Origin: Phoronis australis
Taxonomy: Eukaryota > Animalia > Phoronida
DNA length: 64,000 bases
Assembly: GCA_002633005.1 (NCBI GenBank)
Contig: NMRA01000049.1
Location: 1,036,011-1,100,010 of the forward strand
Reading direction: 5' to 3'
Shown: positions 26,601 through 39,126 of the stretch, piece by piece
How the letters are laid out: each line of letters opens with the position of its first letter
Numbering within the stretch: position 1 is the stretch's first letter
Notes under the pieces: model-generated
What the model saw: only the letters and a program-made list of their open reading frames with translations
Database searches by the model: none
What the model was told of the DNA's origin: nothing
Made by a program: the position numbers and the translations under genes

Positions 26601-29600
26601 TTTAGCCTAATGTTCTGTCGCTATGGAAATTAAAATATAACATATTAATATGTTTTTATCAACCAGAATTTCAAACTTTTAAACACAAGACAAATAAGGT
26701 AATCAAACTAATTCTGTACACAATAGATTTACAAACGGGAACAGAATGGTATGGTACCATCATACTGAGTGGTGGGGGTTTATTTGAACTGCAAAATCCC
26801 AGTTTTGGACAGCCCAAAAACACACTCACTATAACCATGTCTTCAACAGGATTACAATAAAACCATATAAGGGGGATGACTTCCGTGAATCATTCATGAA
26901 TTACTAAGTTCTCACCTCAATGGAAATACATCAAAACATGTCAACATTGTACTAAGTATGTTTTGAGGAGTACAAAATTCTGTAATAAAACATATTTGAG
27001 CTCCACCAACAACACAGAATAATCATAGAAAGTACTAACTTAAGAACTCAAATTACTTTTCCACCAAATACAAAACCATGAAACAGAACATCACTAGAAA
27101 CACATCAACGTTTCGAATACGTTGGCCTTCCAATTGGTCCATAGAATTATCATGTGTAATTAACATTGCACATTCAAATGTTAGGAAAACAACGCGAAAC
27201 ATGAGTGAACCCGCTAATTTTTCAAAAAACGGCACTGCATGCAGATGTAACATCACATTGTATATGTCATTTGTATGCATTTAGCAACAGTGACTATTAA
27301 ATCCTTTCATAAGAGTGTACCATACAGTGTTATGCTGCATTTTACAACAAAGGTATAGTGTACCACCAGAGGGCAATAAATCTACATAAAAGTACCTTAG
27401 CTGCTCTACAGAGGTCACTGCTAAACATGTGTGTGTACTGCTCATATTGTAGACGCTGCGCCACCAGTTGGGCCTGTCTCAATCCTCTGTCAGACAGAGA
27501 AGTGTCCAACTGACCTGGAAAATAAAAGGCGAAAATTGGAACACGGTAAAGTTTCTTAAAGTAAGAACACAATATGGCAGACCAGTAAAATTTTATTTTA
27601 TCGAAATTTTCAAGAGTAAATAAGAGCACTATTTTACTTGATGATTTGAAAACTTCATGTACTACGTAATAATCGAGACATTACATCCATGGAAAAATTT
27701 GACTTGTATGAAAGTTCAAAAGCCCAAACTGATGAATTTCTTCAAATTAAGTCAAAATCCAACTTACACATGCCAATTTATGTACTAGGTTGTGCTGCGT
27801 AATCCCAAAATTAAAAACCCAATCCATTCGAAAGACACTTGTTTAAATGAACGTAATTGTTATAATAGATACACTTTAATCACGTCTCTCTTACATTCTA
27901 TGTAATGTTACAGCCATGACCATGTTTTAATCACATGTTATACTATGAATGTACCAGAAAACCAATGTTCATGTTACCCAATTAATAGTAGGTTGGTACA
28001 AAGTTAAAAATCAAACTCTACACTTTCAGTTTTGCGCCAATATTTATAGCTTTGAAGATATTTGTCAAACTACACATACTTGTCAATAAGATCCTACATA
28101 CACCAAAACCCATGATGTTGTCATAGAACTGCCAACTTTCTTCCCATTCGTAAAATGATCTACTTACTTTGTGCTGGAAAAACATATCCGTTTACCAATT
28201 AACAAATCCTGATTAATATATTCACACAGGTCAATGTCTAGCTTATTCAGGTTACCGATGTTTCATGCACAATGTCTCTGCAAATGATCGCGGCTTGGAT
28301 ATTTCGCAACTTCGTTGAACTCATTTGCACATACTTACCTTGTATAATCTGTTTTTTGTTGGCTGTGGTTTCTCCACTGAAAAAGAAAATGTATCACAAA
28401 CACTAAGTTGTAGCATGACTGTACCCATTTTCCACAAATTTTTCACAGTTTTGTAATGTACATCAAAAAGGTTTTCAGCATCTCAAGATTATGTTGACAT
28501 AAATAACTTATCTCCATCAGCTTTTAAATGTCATGTGAAACAGAACATCGATCAAGAGGCTACGATCTACCCCCACAACCAACACCCTTACCAAGCCACT
28601 TTGAGTCTCTGATGCCAACAGCCTGTATTACGTGCGTGCATCTTGTTTATTGAACCGTACATGTCTACCTTGTTTAAATGTGAGTTGTAAGAAGTTGAAA
28701 TAGTAGAGGAAGCAGGTGATTGGGAAATTTCTACTTTCGAAAATTGTAGACTTGAAGCAGAAATGCTCGCTATTTAAGGCCTTTTCATACAGACTCCAGT
28801 CATAGTGGAGCGTTGACGCGAACAGCAAATTTAACTGAGCCGTTCATCGAAGTAAACAGTAGGCTACGTTGTTACCATCGAAGTAATCGCAAGGTGGTGC
28901 TGATGCATCGCGTGAATGCTAAGATTTTTTAATATAACAGATTGGGAACATTTACATGTGCTAATTGACAAAAAACTTATTTCTAATTCGACTGGTGATT
29001 ATTCGAGCAAAATATAAGCAACTATTAGTGATGACACAGCCCTTTAATTGTTGACGATGACAGTGGCCCTTGGCGTTTACTGCAACGGCAACGAAGTTGA
29101 CCATTCATATTGCACCACAGCATTGATGCTCCGCTGTTAAATCCAACTGTTTATTGTGAAGTTAACTGGCACTGCTAACTTCGATCCAGGACTAAAGTTA
29201 ACCGTTCATACTGACCGCAACTCCCCAAAACATTGACGTGTCGACATTAGTAGGGCAATTCCATTAGTGACGGACATACAATCAGAGAACATTTTGATCA
29301 ATTGTGAAAAAAATGTTCATCCTAGGAAAATAATTAATACATCAATTGATAGCTTTCAAACCATGTATCAATGTTTCTCCTATCATTTTACCAGACTGAG
29401 AAAATTGCATTTAAGGGGTGTGACGGGCGTATGCAGAGAATTTGAATTTTTGAAAAAAAATTTTAACATTACTTTCTGTGAGTTGCATTTAGTTACATTT
29501 TTTTTTATATGATGATTTAGTGGAATGTTTGCAAAGTACAACACATTAATTTTTTTGATGATATCTTCCAAGAATTTTGTGTCAGACAGCTCAATGTAAG

Positions 29601-31318
29601 TTGAGTGAGTGTGACAGAAGTATGTGATGCAAGTACACTCTGAATTTTCAGTATTAAATTGTTTGTTGTGACTAAGCTATCAGTTCAGAATAATTCAAAC
29701 TTTTGCAGTATTTAAGCTAAATTGGTCTTTTGTTACTGATTCAATGTTTTTTAATCAAAATTCACCGATTGACCTTTTGGACGAAATTATCACAGGTAGG
29801 CCAATGCTGGGAACGTACCCTACTAGGATTTTAACTTTCCAATACATAAAACAACCCCCCCCCCCAAATCCTCACTGCCCTTCGAAGATGGTAAGCAATA
29901 TGCTGGGCAATTCCAAAAAGGCCAACCTTGAGACAGTAAATTCCAGTTGTGACAATGTTCACTTTTCTGGTTTCATCTGAATGCCCACTCTCTCTAGTTT
30001 CAGGCCCATATTTCAACTTTCTTCCTAAATAGACCCATTATTGCTGTCACTTGTCCTTAAAAAAATACCCGATTTGTAAGTGTGTTACTAATTATTTTTA
30101 TAAATACGCTAATTATGGATATTTCTATATAAAATCAATTTTGTGGAGTCACACGGATTCCCAACTATCCAAAAATTCTCATTTGACCCATGGCACATTG
30201 TAGAGCTTATGGGAGTCAAAGGCCAACTAATGGATTAGACAGTGACCACCATCTCTAGCCGACTAGTGATGGTGTAGCTCCTATAGGAACTTCATACGTC
30301 AAAAGCTTTTTGGCAAATTATGCCTCACACTGACTAAAACATCACGTTACATTGTTATAAATACCTTTTGCGCATAGAGGGATGCCTTAGGAGGCTGTTG
30401 ATGCATTTAATTCCTTCCAACTCTAAAAAATACTCCCATTATCAAACTTTTTCTTCGAGCAGTCCCTCGTTCAGTTCTCAAAATCGATAACCGGCCATTT
30501 TTAAACTGCACACGCCAGGGGTTATGACGTCATACCACCTGCCACGCCCAGTGTTGAAAATGGCAAGTTTCCGAAATTGGGAACTGAACAAGGGGCTGCT
30601 TGAAGAAAAATTTAACGGAAGTATTTTGTCGAGTAGGAAGGAATTAAATACGTTGACGGCCTCCTAAGGTATCCCTATAATGGCAAAAGGTATTTGTAAC
30701 AACGTGACTTTGCTGTTTTAGTCAGTGTGAGGAATAACTCCCCCAAAAGCTTCTGGCGTATGAGGCTCCTATAGGAGCAACACTATCTCTAGTCAACTAG
30801 TGACAGTGGTAAGTTCTGCCTACTTATGGATATGAAAGTGCCACGTACAGCCATCACAAAGTCAAAGTGCAAAAAAGTTTAGTGACATGAAAAGTTTATA
30901 CATCCATTAAAAGCTACCAATAAAACCTAACAACTGATGTATTATCTGCTTTCCTAGGATTAATATTTTTTATAATTGACCAAATGTATTATTCATCACA
31001 AATGAAATTGGGCTGCCCGTCTAAATTTTCACACTGAAAGCACTGACAGCAGTCTTACTCTCTAGGCATAAAGGACGATCAGTCAACAGTTTGAAGTCTT
31101 GAGTAAACTGAACTTAGCACTGAAGTCTGGAGTAGCCTAGAGAAGACTGTGTCTGAGTCAATGACTAGTGAGACTACTGACTAACCACTCTGGACTCAAC
31201 ATGAAGAGGACTGGAAGATCGGAAAACATCTCAATAACATATTTTATCAAGATTATAAATCTATGTTAACAAGCACGTCTACTTACTGTCTCATAATTGT
31301 CAATGTGAACACCGGCAT
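23659..31318 (-). CDS. TIGAR: Fructose-2,6-bisphosphatase TIGAR-like (histidine phosphatase), complete; exons 31287-31318, 28339-28376, 27396-27514, 26401-26478, 25972-26082, 23659-24438
   Basis: Six GT-AG exons join to 1158 nt (385 aa): MPVFTLTIMRHGETTANKKQIIQGQLDTSLSDRG..FSSDLCRAAKTA..DKRLRERKFGVLEGK..YTPSGAETIEQLRHRAILFFQEVCQL..IADVLVSTHGGVIR..PNTGLSKF..HDKDHL. The catalytic RHG motif, the LRE Glu and the second His are intact. The exon layout matches human TIGAR. The minus-strand AATAAA is at 23604-23609. Confidence 0.95.
24970..25376 (-). mobile_element. Degenerate HINE/Helentron-like fragment in TIGAR last intron
   Basis: AAGTTTCATTGAAATC and CAAATTCTTCAAAATCCGACCAGGGG core-repeat-like motifs. 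The terminal CCAC-TATTAT-GTGG..ATAAAA resembles the ends of the 56111-59086 elements. Confidence 0.35.
28777..29256 (-). mobile_element. MITE family A copy 2 (inverted, TIGAR intron 1)
   Basis: Reverse-complement homolog of 23067-23583. It starts TTA|AGGCCTTTTCATAC; the other end is decayed. Confidence 0.8.
30245..30810. mobile_element. ~565-bp foldback (whole-element palindrome) in TIGAR intron 1
   Basis: The arms are reverse-complementary along their length, e.g. CCTCACACTGACTAAAAC / GTTTTAGTCAGTGTGAGG, CCTTAGGAGGC / GCCTCCTAAGG and ATACCTTTTG / CAAAAGGTAT. The centre is TATGACGTCATA. Confidence 0.9.
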
Positions 31319-31480
31319 CGTGATGAACCTTTTTCTGTTTTCGATACGCCTCCAAGAAAAATCGTCCAGCAGCACAGAATACATACACACAGAGGGCACT
31401 CCAAACAACGACTGGCAGAGACACCTGGCGTGGGAAAGGCAAAATGTACCAGAATCCGACTCGCAAAAGGGTTAGGTCCT

Positions 31481-31592
31481 ACGCTAGGACCTCGCTAAAA
31501 TCTAAGCCAAAATCACGTGTTCTCGTTAAAAATACACCGCAAATATCTCACATAATTTCGCGAAGTCTTGTTTTGTAGCGAGGTCCTAGCGT
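31481..31592. repeat. 112-bp inverted-repeat element upstream of TIGAR ATG
   Basis: ACGCTAGGACCTCGCTA ... TAGCGAGGTCCTAGCGT is a perfect 17-bp inverted repeat enclosing CACGTG and TTCGCGAA, in a CpG-enriched region. Confidence 0.7.
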
Positions 31593-33109
31593 TACTGAAC
31601 TCTACCAGGGACTTGTTGACGTCGTGTTCATGCCGGGAACAATCCGACTTTGACCGTGGTACAACGAGTGTACTAAGGTATACTGACAATCAAACTGCTA
31701 ATGCCCCGTGCCCTAAAATTGTCACCTGATAAAAAAAAAGATTTCATGTTTGTCACTGGATGAACCAAACCGTCTGTGAACTAATCTGAAACTGTCGACG
31801 ACATACACCGATCATTGAAGGAATTCGTGTAGCCTAAGGGGACTCATAGTTGCCTGCCGAAATGAAAAACTTGACGCGCCCCCGCATCAGGCAAGTGCAG
31901 ACATCTGCAGCAGCACTCAAAAACAATTCGACTGCGTTTTTTGTCGTGTTTGTGAAAAAGGATCGGAAAAACAGGGTATCGAAAGAAAAAGCATCAGTTT
32001 TACCATAGAACTCTAATTTCAAGAAAATAAACCGTAGAGTCCCAGAGTTCACAATCAATGTTTTCATCCAGCAAGAAAAAACTAAACGCATTTGAGTCTT
32101 TGATTTTTAAAGATGGATGCAGTACTGAGGCGACGCTTCGGGTGGCCTGGGAGGAAATTTTTCCAGGTGACTTATTGTTCCACAAATAAATAGGCTTGTG
32201 TTCAGTTATAGAAATATTTTTGTCAAAAGAGTATGAAAAACAAGCGAAGAAACAAAAAACTGGAAATCAAAACACAGGCAATCGAAACCGGCTGCAAAGA
32301 AGAGGGAATTCTCTTAAAAGAGGGCAATTCCGTCCGCCTGCTGGTTAGCCCCGGTCTCAGTAGTAGCTCACATTCAAGTGCCGCCTGTATTTTGATATCG
32401 CAATAAATTGTTAAATTAGCTAATCCTGAATGTAACACACGGCGGCAGACCGGGCATTACATACGTCACCCCTATTTTAATTGTTTTGATGAACGCGGCG
32501 TAATCATCAGTTATCGGTGTTGTACGTTACAGGTTTGTTCACTGAGTGTGTACGGCGGCACACTTGAGTGCCAATGACACAGTTGAACTAATCTAGTCTG
32601 CGTCTGACTCCCAGCATGCACAGTCCAGAGCGAACCTGAGCCGCAGTAGTGACAGTGAGCCTGCCGTTTGGCTTGTTGCAGTGCACAGTTACACAGAGTT
32701 ATGAAACAATAATCGGCGCCATGAATTGTGTATTGGGATGAATGGTCTTATTGTTTGGCAAACCCGCATGATGCCCAGGTTTCTCAAAACTATCTTTGAC
32801 TGTTGTGGGAACGTTCAGTTAGCAGTCCGTCTTTACAGAGGCGGATCTGGGATACCATACCGGGGGAGCAACATTTTGTCTGGAGCAAAGCATGATTTGA
32901 TGCGCCCGTCGATATCGCGACCGTAGTTCAGTTGTGTGCGCAATTTGCCGAATCGAAGTGCCAGACATTGAACAGTTGTAAATGATGACGTTAATGCCCC
33001 CGTCGTCAACCTTTAAAATGGCTGTAAGTTGCCACGACTTAAGGCATAATGATTGAATAACGATGAGGTTATGTAGGTGGTTGCAGACTGCTGAAAGTCG
33101 TCTCGCCGT

Positions 33110-33635
33110 CGATGTTCATTCCATCTCGAGAGCATTCTGTCGGTGGCCCTGTCCTCTCTTGCGTGAGAGATATTTTTTGTCCCATATACCATTTTCGAAG
33201 ACGATACGTCTTTTCATCACGTCTAATTTTTTGTTTTCAAATTCAATCGTTTTCTTATAACAATATGGCGGTGTATACTTTATCTGGTCACCTTAACGAG
33301 AAAATACCTTTCGTCTGTATCCTTTTGATGGTGTCCTTATTGAGGAGCAGAAGCTCGGTTTGTCGCAAACGTTGGTAACGATCGCTTCATTATAGAAAGC
33401 ATCACCTCGTGAAAATTCAACTTCAACCGGGATTTCTTCTTTCAGCGACTCCTAGTGAGACGACTTCTTTCAAAATACTATTATACGCCTTCTCCTTCGT
33501 TTTTTGCGTAAAATAATTGGCGTGTTCTGCACATAATAGATTGTTGTACCTTATGAAGCATTTCCTAATCATCCCCATCTCTTCCTTTGTGTAGTCAGGA
33601 GCACGGGTTCATTTTGGCTTGAAATTTGAAGCCAT
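33110..33635 (-). pseudogene. Decayed Myb/SANT-like (Harbinger ORF1-type) DNA-binding protein, transposon remnant
   Basis: My minus-strand translation from the ATG at 33635 is MASNFKPK*TRAPDYTKEEMGMIRKCFIRYNNLLCAEHANYFTQKTKEKAYNSILKEVVSLGVAERRN, which follows the Myb/SANT-like pattern. A downstream coiled-coil-like fragment reads YKKTIEFENKKLDVMKRRI. In-frame stops are present. A GGTTTCCATT/AATGGAAACC inverted motif lies at 33828-33898. Confidence 0.6.
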
Positions 33636-36600
33636 TATCGAAACAATAAACGAAATTACAGCACAATATACTCTTCAACGCTCGTGTGACAATATTTAGC
33701 GTCCAAGTCAACTTCGTGTACATGTTGGTATCACGGGGACATTCCGAATATTATCAGTGATAAAATCGCCTTTACTTATGCAAATGAGCCTATCAGTGGA
33801 TAGTCTATCAGTATCGCTAATACCGTCGGTTTCCATTGATGCGCCCTTGATAGTACCAAGGAGTATTACACTCCTTGATAGTACTCTAAATGGAAACCAT
33901 ATCAGGGAGTCTTATGTGGCTGCCACGTCCAGCGTGCTTGTTCAAGAATTTCAAATCTCTTTAATATTTATGTCGAACTCTTTGAATCCCGAAGTATCGG
34001 TCCTGCAGGAAGCTCTGACCACAGCAGCGCCCTCTTTAACATTTGAATCAGTATTGTTAGGAAAAAAATCATATAAGAATGAGTCAGTTTTCTACAAGAC
34101 AACTTCGGAAATTTGAGCCGGCAGATTTTTGAACACATAAGTCAAGACATCACTGAATGCAACAAACTGAAACACAACTATGATAACATCGTCCCTATCG
34201 GCTGCTGCCCTATCGGTTAGGAGAACACTATTCAAATGATATGTGAACATATCTCATCCTCAATTTAAATACTCAAGCGCAGAAACAAGCCTCATTTCAA
34301 CGACATAAAATAAGAGATCCAGCAATAGATATCAAACCCGGCCTAAAAGAAACCAAACAACCCACTGACATTCTACGAAAAGAGCAATCTTAAGCTGTTG
34401 TGCAGTGGTATGTGCAACTCAACAACAAAGATGCAAACGTAAAGTAAGTTCCACTGCTTTGCGACTATGCAGACTGCCCAAACCAGTCTGCCTATTTTGT
34501 ATTACACCTTTATAGGCTATTAATGGTCACCAGCGCGCGATCTGCTGGTCCGCGCCCTGCGCCTAGAGGCTGTCGACGAGTCAAACACCAACTGAAGGCA
34601 AAATTAGTAGCATTCAACGGTTGATTGATGGTTATGTTCGTGGTTTTCATTAAACTTGCAGAATTCAAAACATAACCTTATATGGCACTGGTAGCTAGAA
34701 TCATAGATTGTGTAAGTTGTGCAAAACAATTCTCTGAAATCTGATTATGACCGTGAGCATATGATCTTTAGTTCTGACAAACAAGTTTTCAGTTGAGAGT
34801 TAGCATAGTGAATAGATGTATCTTGTAGATCTCTAGACAAGATAAACCCACGTAAAACCGTAACACAGAGTTGTGTTTGAAAGAGGTTTTCATACATTGA
34901 TAACGTTTTTAATATTTGTATCTCTTCACTGCCGAATGACGTCAATCAAGTGAGATCCCTAATTGAAGTTGCCAATTTTCTCTACATTAGCGTATGCTTA
35001 TGCCATAGTACATTGTATTCATTTGATGCCTAAAATAAGCTTCTGATTGCACGAACTGAACACTCAGTTTGTAGAGACTACATTGTTCGGTTCGGTACAT
35101 CAAGAATCATTAACTCTTTGGAACAAGCCAACTTCATTTGTTGAACATGCATGGTTTCTATTATAATGCTGAGACAAATTCCATACGTAGCGTAACATTC
35201 GCGCATTACTTGATCTCTCAAAAATGGTTGCAATACGCAGAAATCCTTGAACAATTAATTTACAGAGCTTCAACCCAAGTTCAGTTCAGGGGTTTTGGTG
35301 TATGCGGACAAAGGAATCGTGTGTTTAGTTTATAAAAAATGTCGAGCACAATAAAATTCTACTCCATTAGCTTGGTTTAATAGGTCCACCACCCTCAGCT
35401 GAACTTTTCGCGGGAACTAAAGAGGGATTGAAGTAGACACATTGAACGACTAACCTACATTTAAATGTCAGGCACTCCCGACTTGATAAACAAAAGAATG
35501 CACACCCAGCATTGATATTTGCCCTTTTGCCAATTCATTGTAGTATATATTGGCGTTAGCATTGCAACCTAAAATGCAAATATACATTTCACTATATTAC
35601 AAAAATGACGAATTAAAATTGTGAGACAGTGACGAAGTATATCTGTTACGAAGAAGACTGAACAAAAGGTACTTGACATGCAGGCGTTGTATTGTTATGT
35701 AGGCCTAAATACTTTACAATGAGTGCCACTTGGGCGGGGACAGGCCTATTATTCTGCACGTACACCGATAATGTCAAAAAGCAACATACGTCATTAGTGG
35801 TGTAACTTAACTATTGAACATCATTGTTCGTGAAGAATTTGTAGCACCATGACAATACAGATGACAATTTAAAGACCACTAAAACATCCTAGTCCGGCAA
35901 AGTGTCTAAATCTAACTTTCAATAAAATCACTGGTTGACATGGCATGCCATCCGTCTGATGAAGTCCCGAACTGTCAGCCAGTCTTGGCGTTAAAAGTGG
36001 AAGTCACGTCACTTGGCATGACAAACAACTAAGAAGTCAGCCATGAGGCGCACTCTCACGTGTCACGACCTCATCCCAGAATATGGTTGTAGTGGGTCAC
36101 TTCGTGCCAAATGAAAGGTACTGGCTATGTCACTGATAGTTGTAAGTAAAGCAATCCACAAGAACTGTGTCATGCATTTGATATAATTCTATTTTATTTG
36201 CCAAGTTTAACAGCATCCAACAATAGCACCAGAATCTGAAGCAATAAGGGACATGTATTATCCACAAGCTACATGCCGTCAGTATAGTTACATATCAACA
36301 TAATATATTCTTAAGTAGCAGGTTAACCACTACCTGGGATAAAATGAATAAACTATAGCAAGTTTGTTGACATTCTTTGCAGGTGTATAGCTGATGCATA
36401 AATAGCTACCAACAAGCTAAAAACAATCAGGATTCATTTAACAAATTCTGCAGAAAATAGCATACTATCTCTCTGTTCAGAATTTAGCTGTGCCAACTGA
36501 AATACTAGGCAGTGTTTAGGCACATAGTTGTAACATGATTTACCAATCCATTCAATGACTCAGCAGATCTATTTTCTTGATCACAGGCAACTAATTAAAA

Positions 36601-36736
36601 ATGCACACTCAAATGCAGTAATGATGGCAAGACATCACCAACTCCATGCCAGACCTCAGCAGTACCAAGACATAGAAGCAAACTACCCTCCACTATCCAC
36701 AGTGTAATATTACAGACTGATTAACTCAATGTTTTA

Positions 36737-37124
36737 CAGTAAAAATTCTCCAGTTTGGGACAGTGGAAAATGAATTATTTTCATGCTCAAACCCAGATCT
36801 TTTATCAAATTTTAGAAATAAGAAATACTGGCCATTGAAAATTCAAGAACTGCAATCAACAACAAATGATCATTCACCTATATGTAACACATTATGGGGA
36901 CTAATGAAAACCTTGCACCAGTGGCTATTTTTGGCAATTTCATTAACTGTCAAGTCCCTTTCCAGACACTGTTGATACAAAATGTAGCGGCCAATATTTC
37001 AAAAAATATGATGAATGCCAAAAACAGTCAGATCCTTATCTTCAGAATAATGAAAACTCAATTTTGCCTTGAATTTTGGTGACCCAAAGTTTAGAAACTG
37101 TCCCAAATTGCAGAACTTCTACTG
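36737..37124. mobile_element. Tc1/mariner (Tigger-like) MITE
   Basis: TA|CAGTAAAAATTCTCCAGTTTGGGACAGT ... ACTGTCCCAAATTGCAGAACTTCTACTG|TA: a ~28-bp TIR with a CAGT terminus and TA TSD. Confidence 0.85.
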
Positions 37125-39126
37125 TACATAAAATCAAGATTTGTCTCCCCTTCAATACAGGTTTTCAAAGAGGGTGTTTTAAGTGCCTTTCAAGACTTGG
37201 TCCTTCACATATACAATGAAAATCTACCGAGCCATGGGCACTGCTGAACACAAGCCACATTACTTCTAAATTACTACAGAGAACCTGATTTTCAATTTTC
37301 AAAAACAGAGAAATACACATAAGCAAACATATTCTTTTCTACTTTTCAATTGCAAATCAGCATATTCCATTTTACTACATTCAAAGTGATAAATAACGTG
37401 AAAGCAATTTGACAATTGCCTTACTTTTTCCAAATATTAGAATTACATTATCTGCTAGTGAACTATGAGAATACCGTTCAAAATCTCTAATTCAGTGAAA
37501 GAAGTCATATTCTGTTTTCCGTTATAACTGAAAATCAGGGTCTCAAACAACATCGTAACATAATGACTGAGTAAGAATTACAATTAATCAAAGAACAAAC
37601 AATTAAACGATCAATATATAACGCATCTAGTACTGACTGTTATGCTCATAATACACTGATATATAAAAGTAGACAAGCCAATTTAAGTATTCAGTTAAAT
37701 CAATGGTGCGCAATAATTTTTATACAAATAACATACGTGGTAGTAACTTTTGAAGACCCCAGTAACAACAAAGCAGAATAGTACCCTTTGTGTGCATAGC
37801 CAGTAAATAGACTAGATCAAGCAGAACTAAGTTTCCACACATATTTCTGCTGTTCTGTGGACAGTTCTGTGACAAAACATCAAATGCTCACAGCGATATA
37901 ATATATATAATGTAAAGATAAAAAGCACTAATCAATAGAAGTTGTGCCACATTTCCAATTCAGTACAAAATTTGCAATGTCATACACTAATTTTCAGCAT
38001 TGAAACTACTGAATTACAAAATGTTATAAAATCGAAAACAACTATTCAATAATAATGTAACAAACTGCTGATGCAATGATATAAAATTGCAATGAATGGT
38101 GTATAATACAATTAAAACAGTAACTGATTTAGATCTCACATCACAAGCTTCTAACAAACAGTGCACCCTCAACTTCAACCACTGACTAACAGTAACATTA
38201 TTACCAGCAAATATTACTAACAATAACAGTGTGGTTTTGTCAAACCCTGTCTTACTAATTTTTAAAAACAACCTAAAATATACCTTTGCAACGGTAAATA
38301 GCACAATACAAAGCCAAAGGCAAGTACGTAATTCAGTTTTGAAGGAAAACCAGATGCATGTTGTTTTCAACAACAAAACATAAAATGTCATCCAATAATT
38401 TTACATTGAGTGCTTGTTGCCCAACACGGGCAGAGCACTGGGAAATTCTGAAACAGCATCCACCTACAGAATTGGGAGACCTTCAAAACTTCAAAAGGAA
38501 AACAATTCCTATGGTCCTGTGTGACAGCAATAGAGTAGTTTTCAAAACAAAAGGAGTTTAATTGAAGAATAGGTGACAGTCACGAAGAGAAATTTCATTG
38601 AAGAATTTTGATAAGTACGGTTAACACAAGCTGAGGAAGGTGTGGCGGTAAATATCAACGTAAATGTCCTACAAACCATGTTCTAGAGTTAAAAATGTCA
38701 ACTTTATCCACAAGCAAATCTGCTCTTCCAAAGAAAACATTTATTTGAATTGAAAATGATTACAATAAATTGCCTTGCATTCCCACCACAACTACACTAC
38801 CCTGAACTGGTATGAAGAGATAAAAACAAACTGTCAGTTGTTACAAGTCCAGAAATCATTTCTAATATGAAAAAGGAACAGAGAGTGCCTGAATAAAAAA
38901 TATTTTTTGTTCATAGCTCCCTCAAATGATGCTAACACAGGAGGAAAATAAAAACCAGACTTAGAATAACTAAATGGAAGCACAAATCACTATGCTGAGA
39001 TTTAAATAGAAAAGATTGTGCTAATTATTTTGTGAAAACTACTCTGTAATGCCTGTAATGCTATCAAGTGACTACCAGCCACCAGATGCCATTATGAGTC
39101 TCCACCCTTGCTCCACCCTTGAAGAG

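Noticed and set aside
32836-32870. ADLGY peptide resembling a Harbinger transposase motif
   Set aside because: There is no surrounding DDE context. CAGAGGCGGATCTGGG looks more like the end of a common small MITE.
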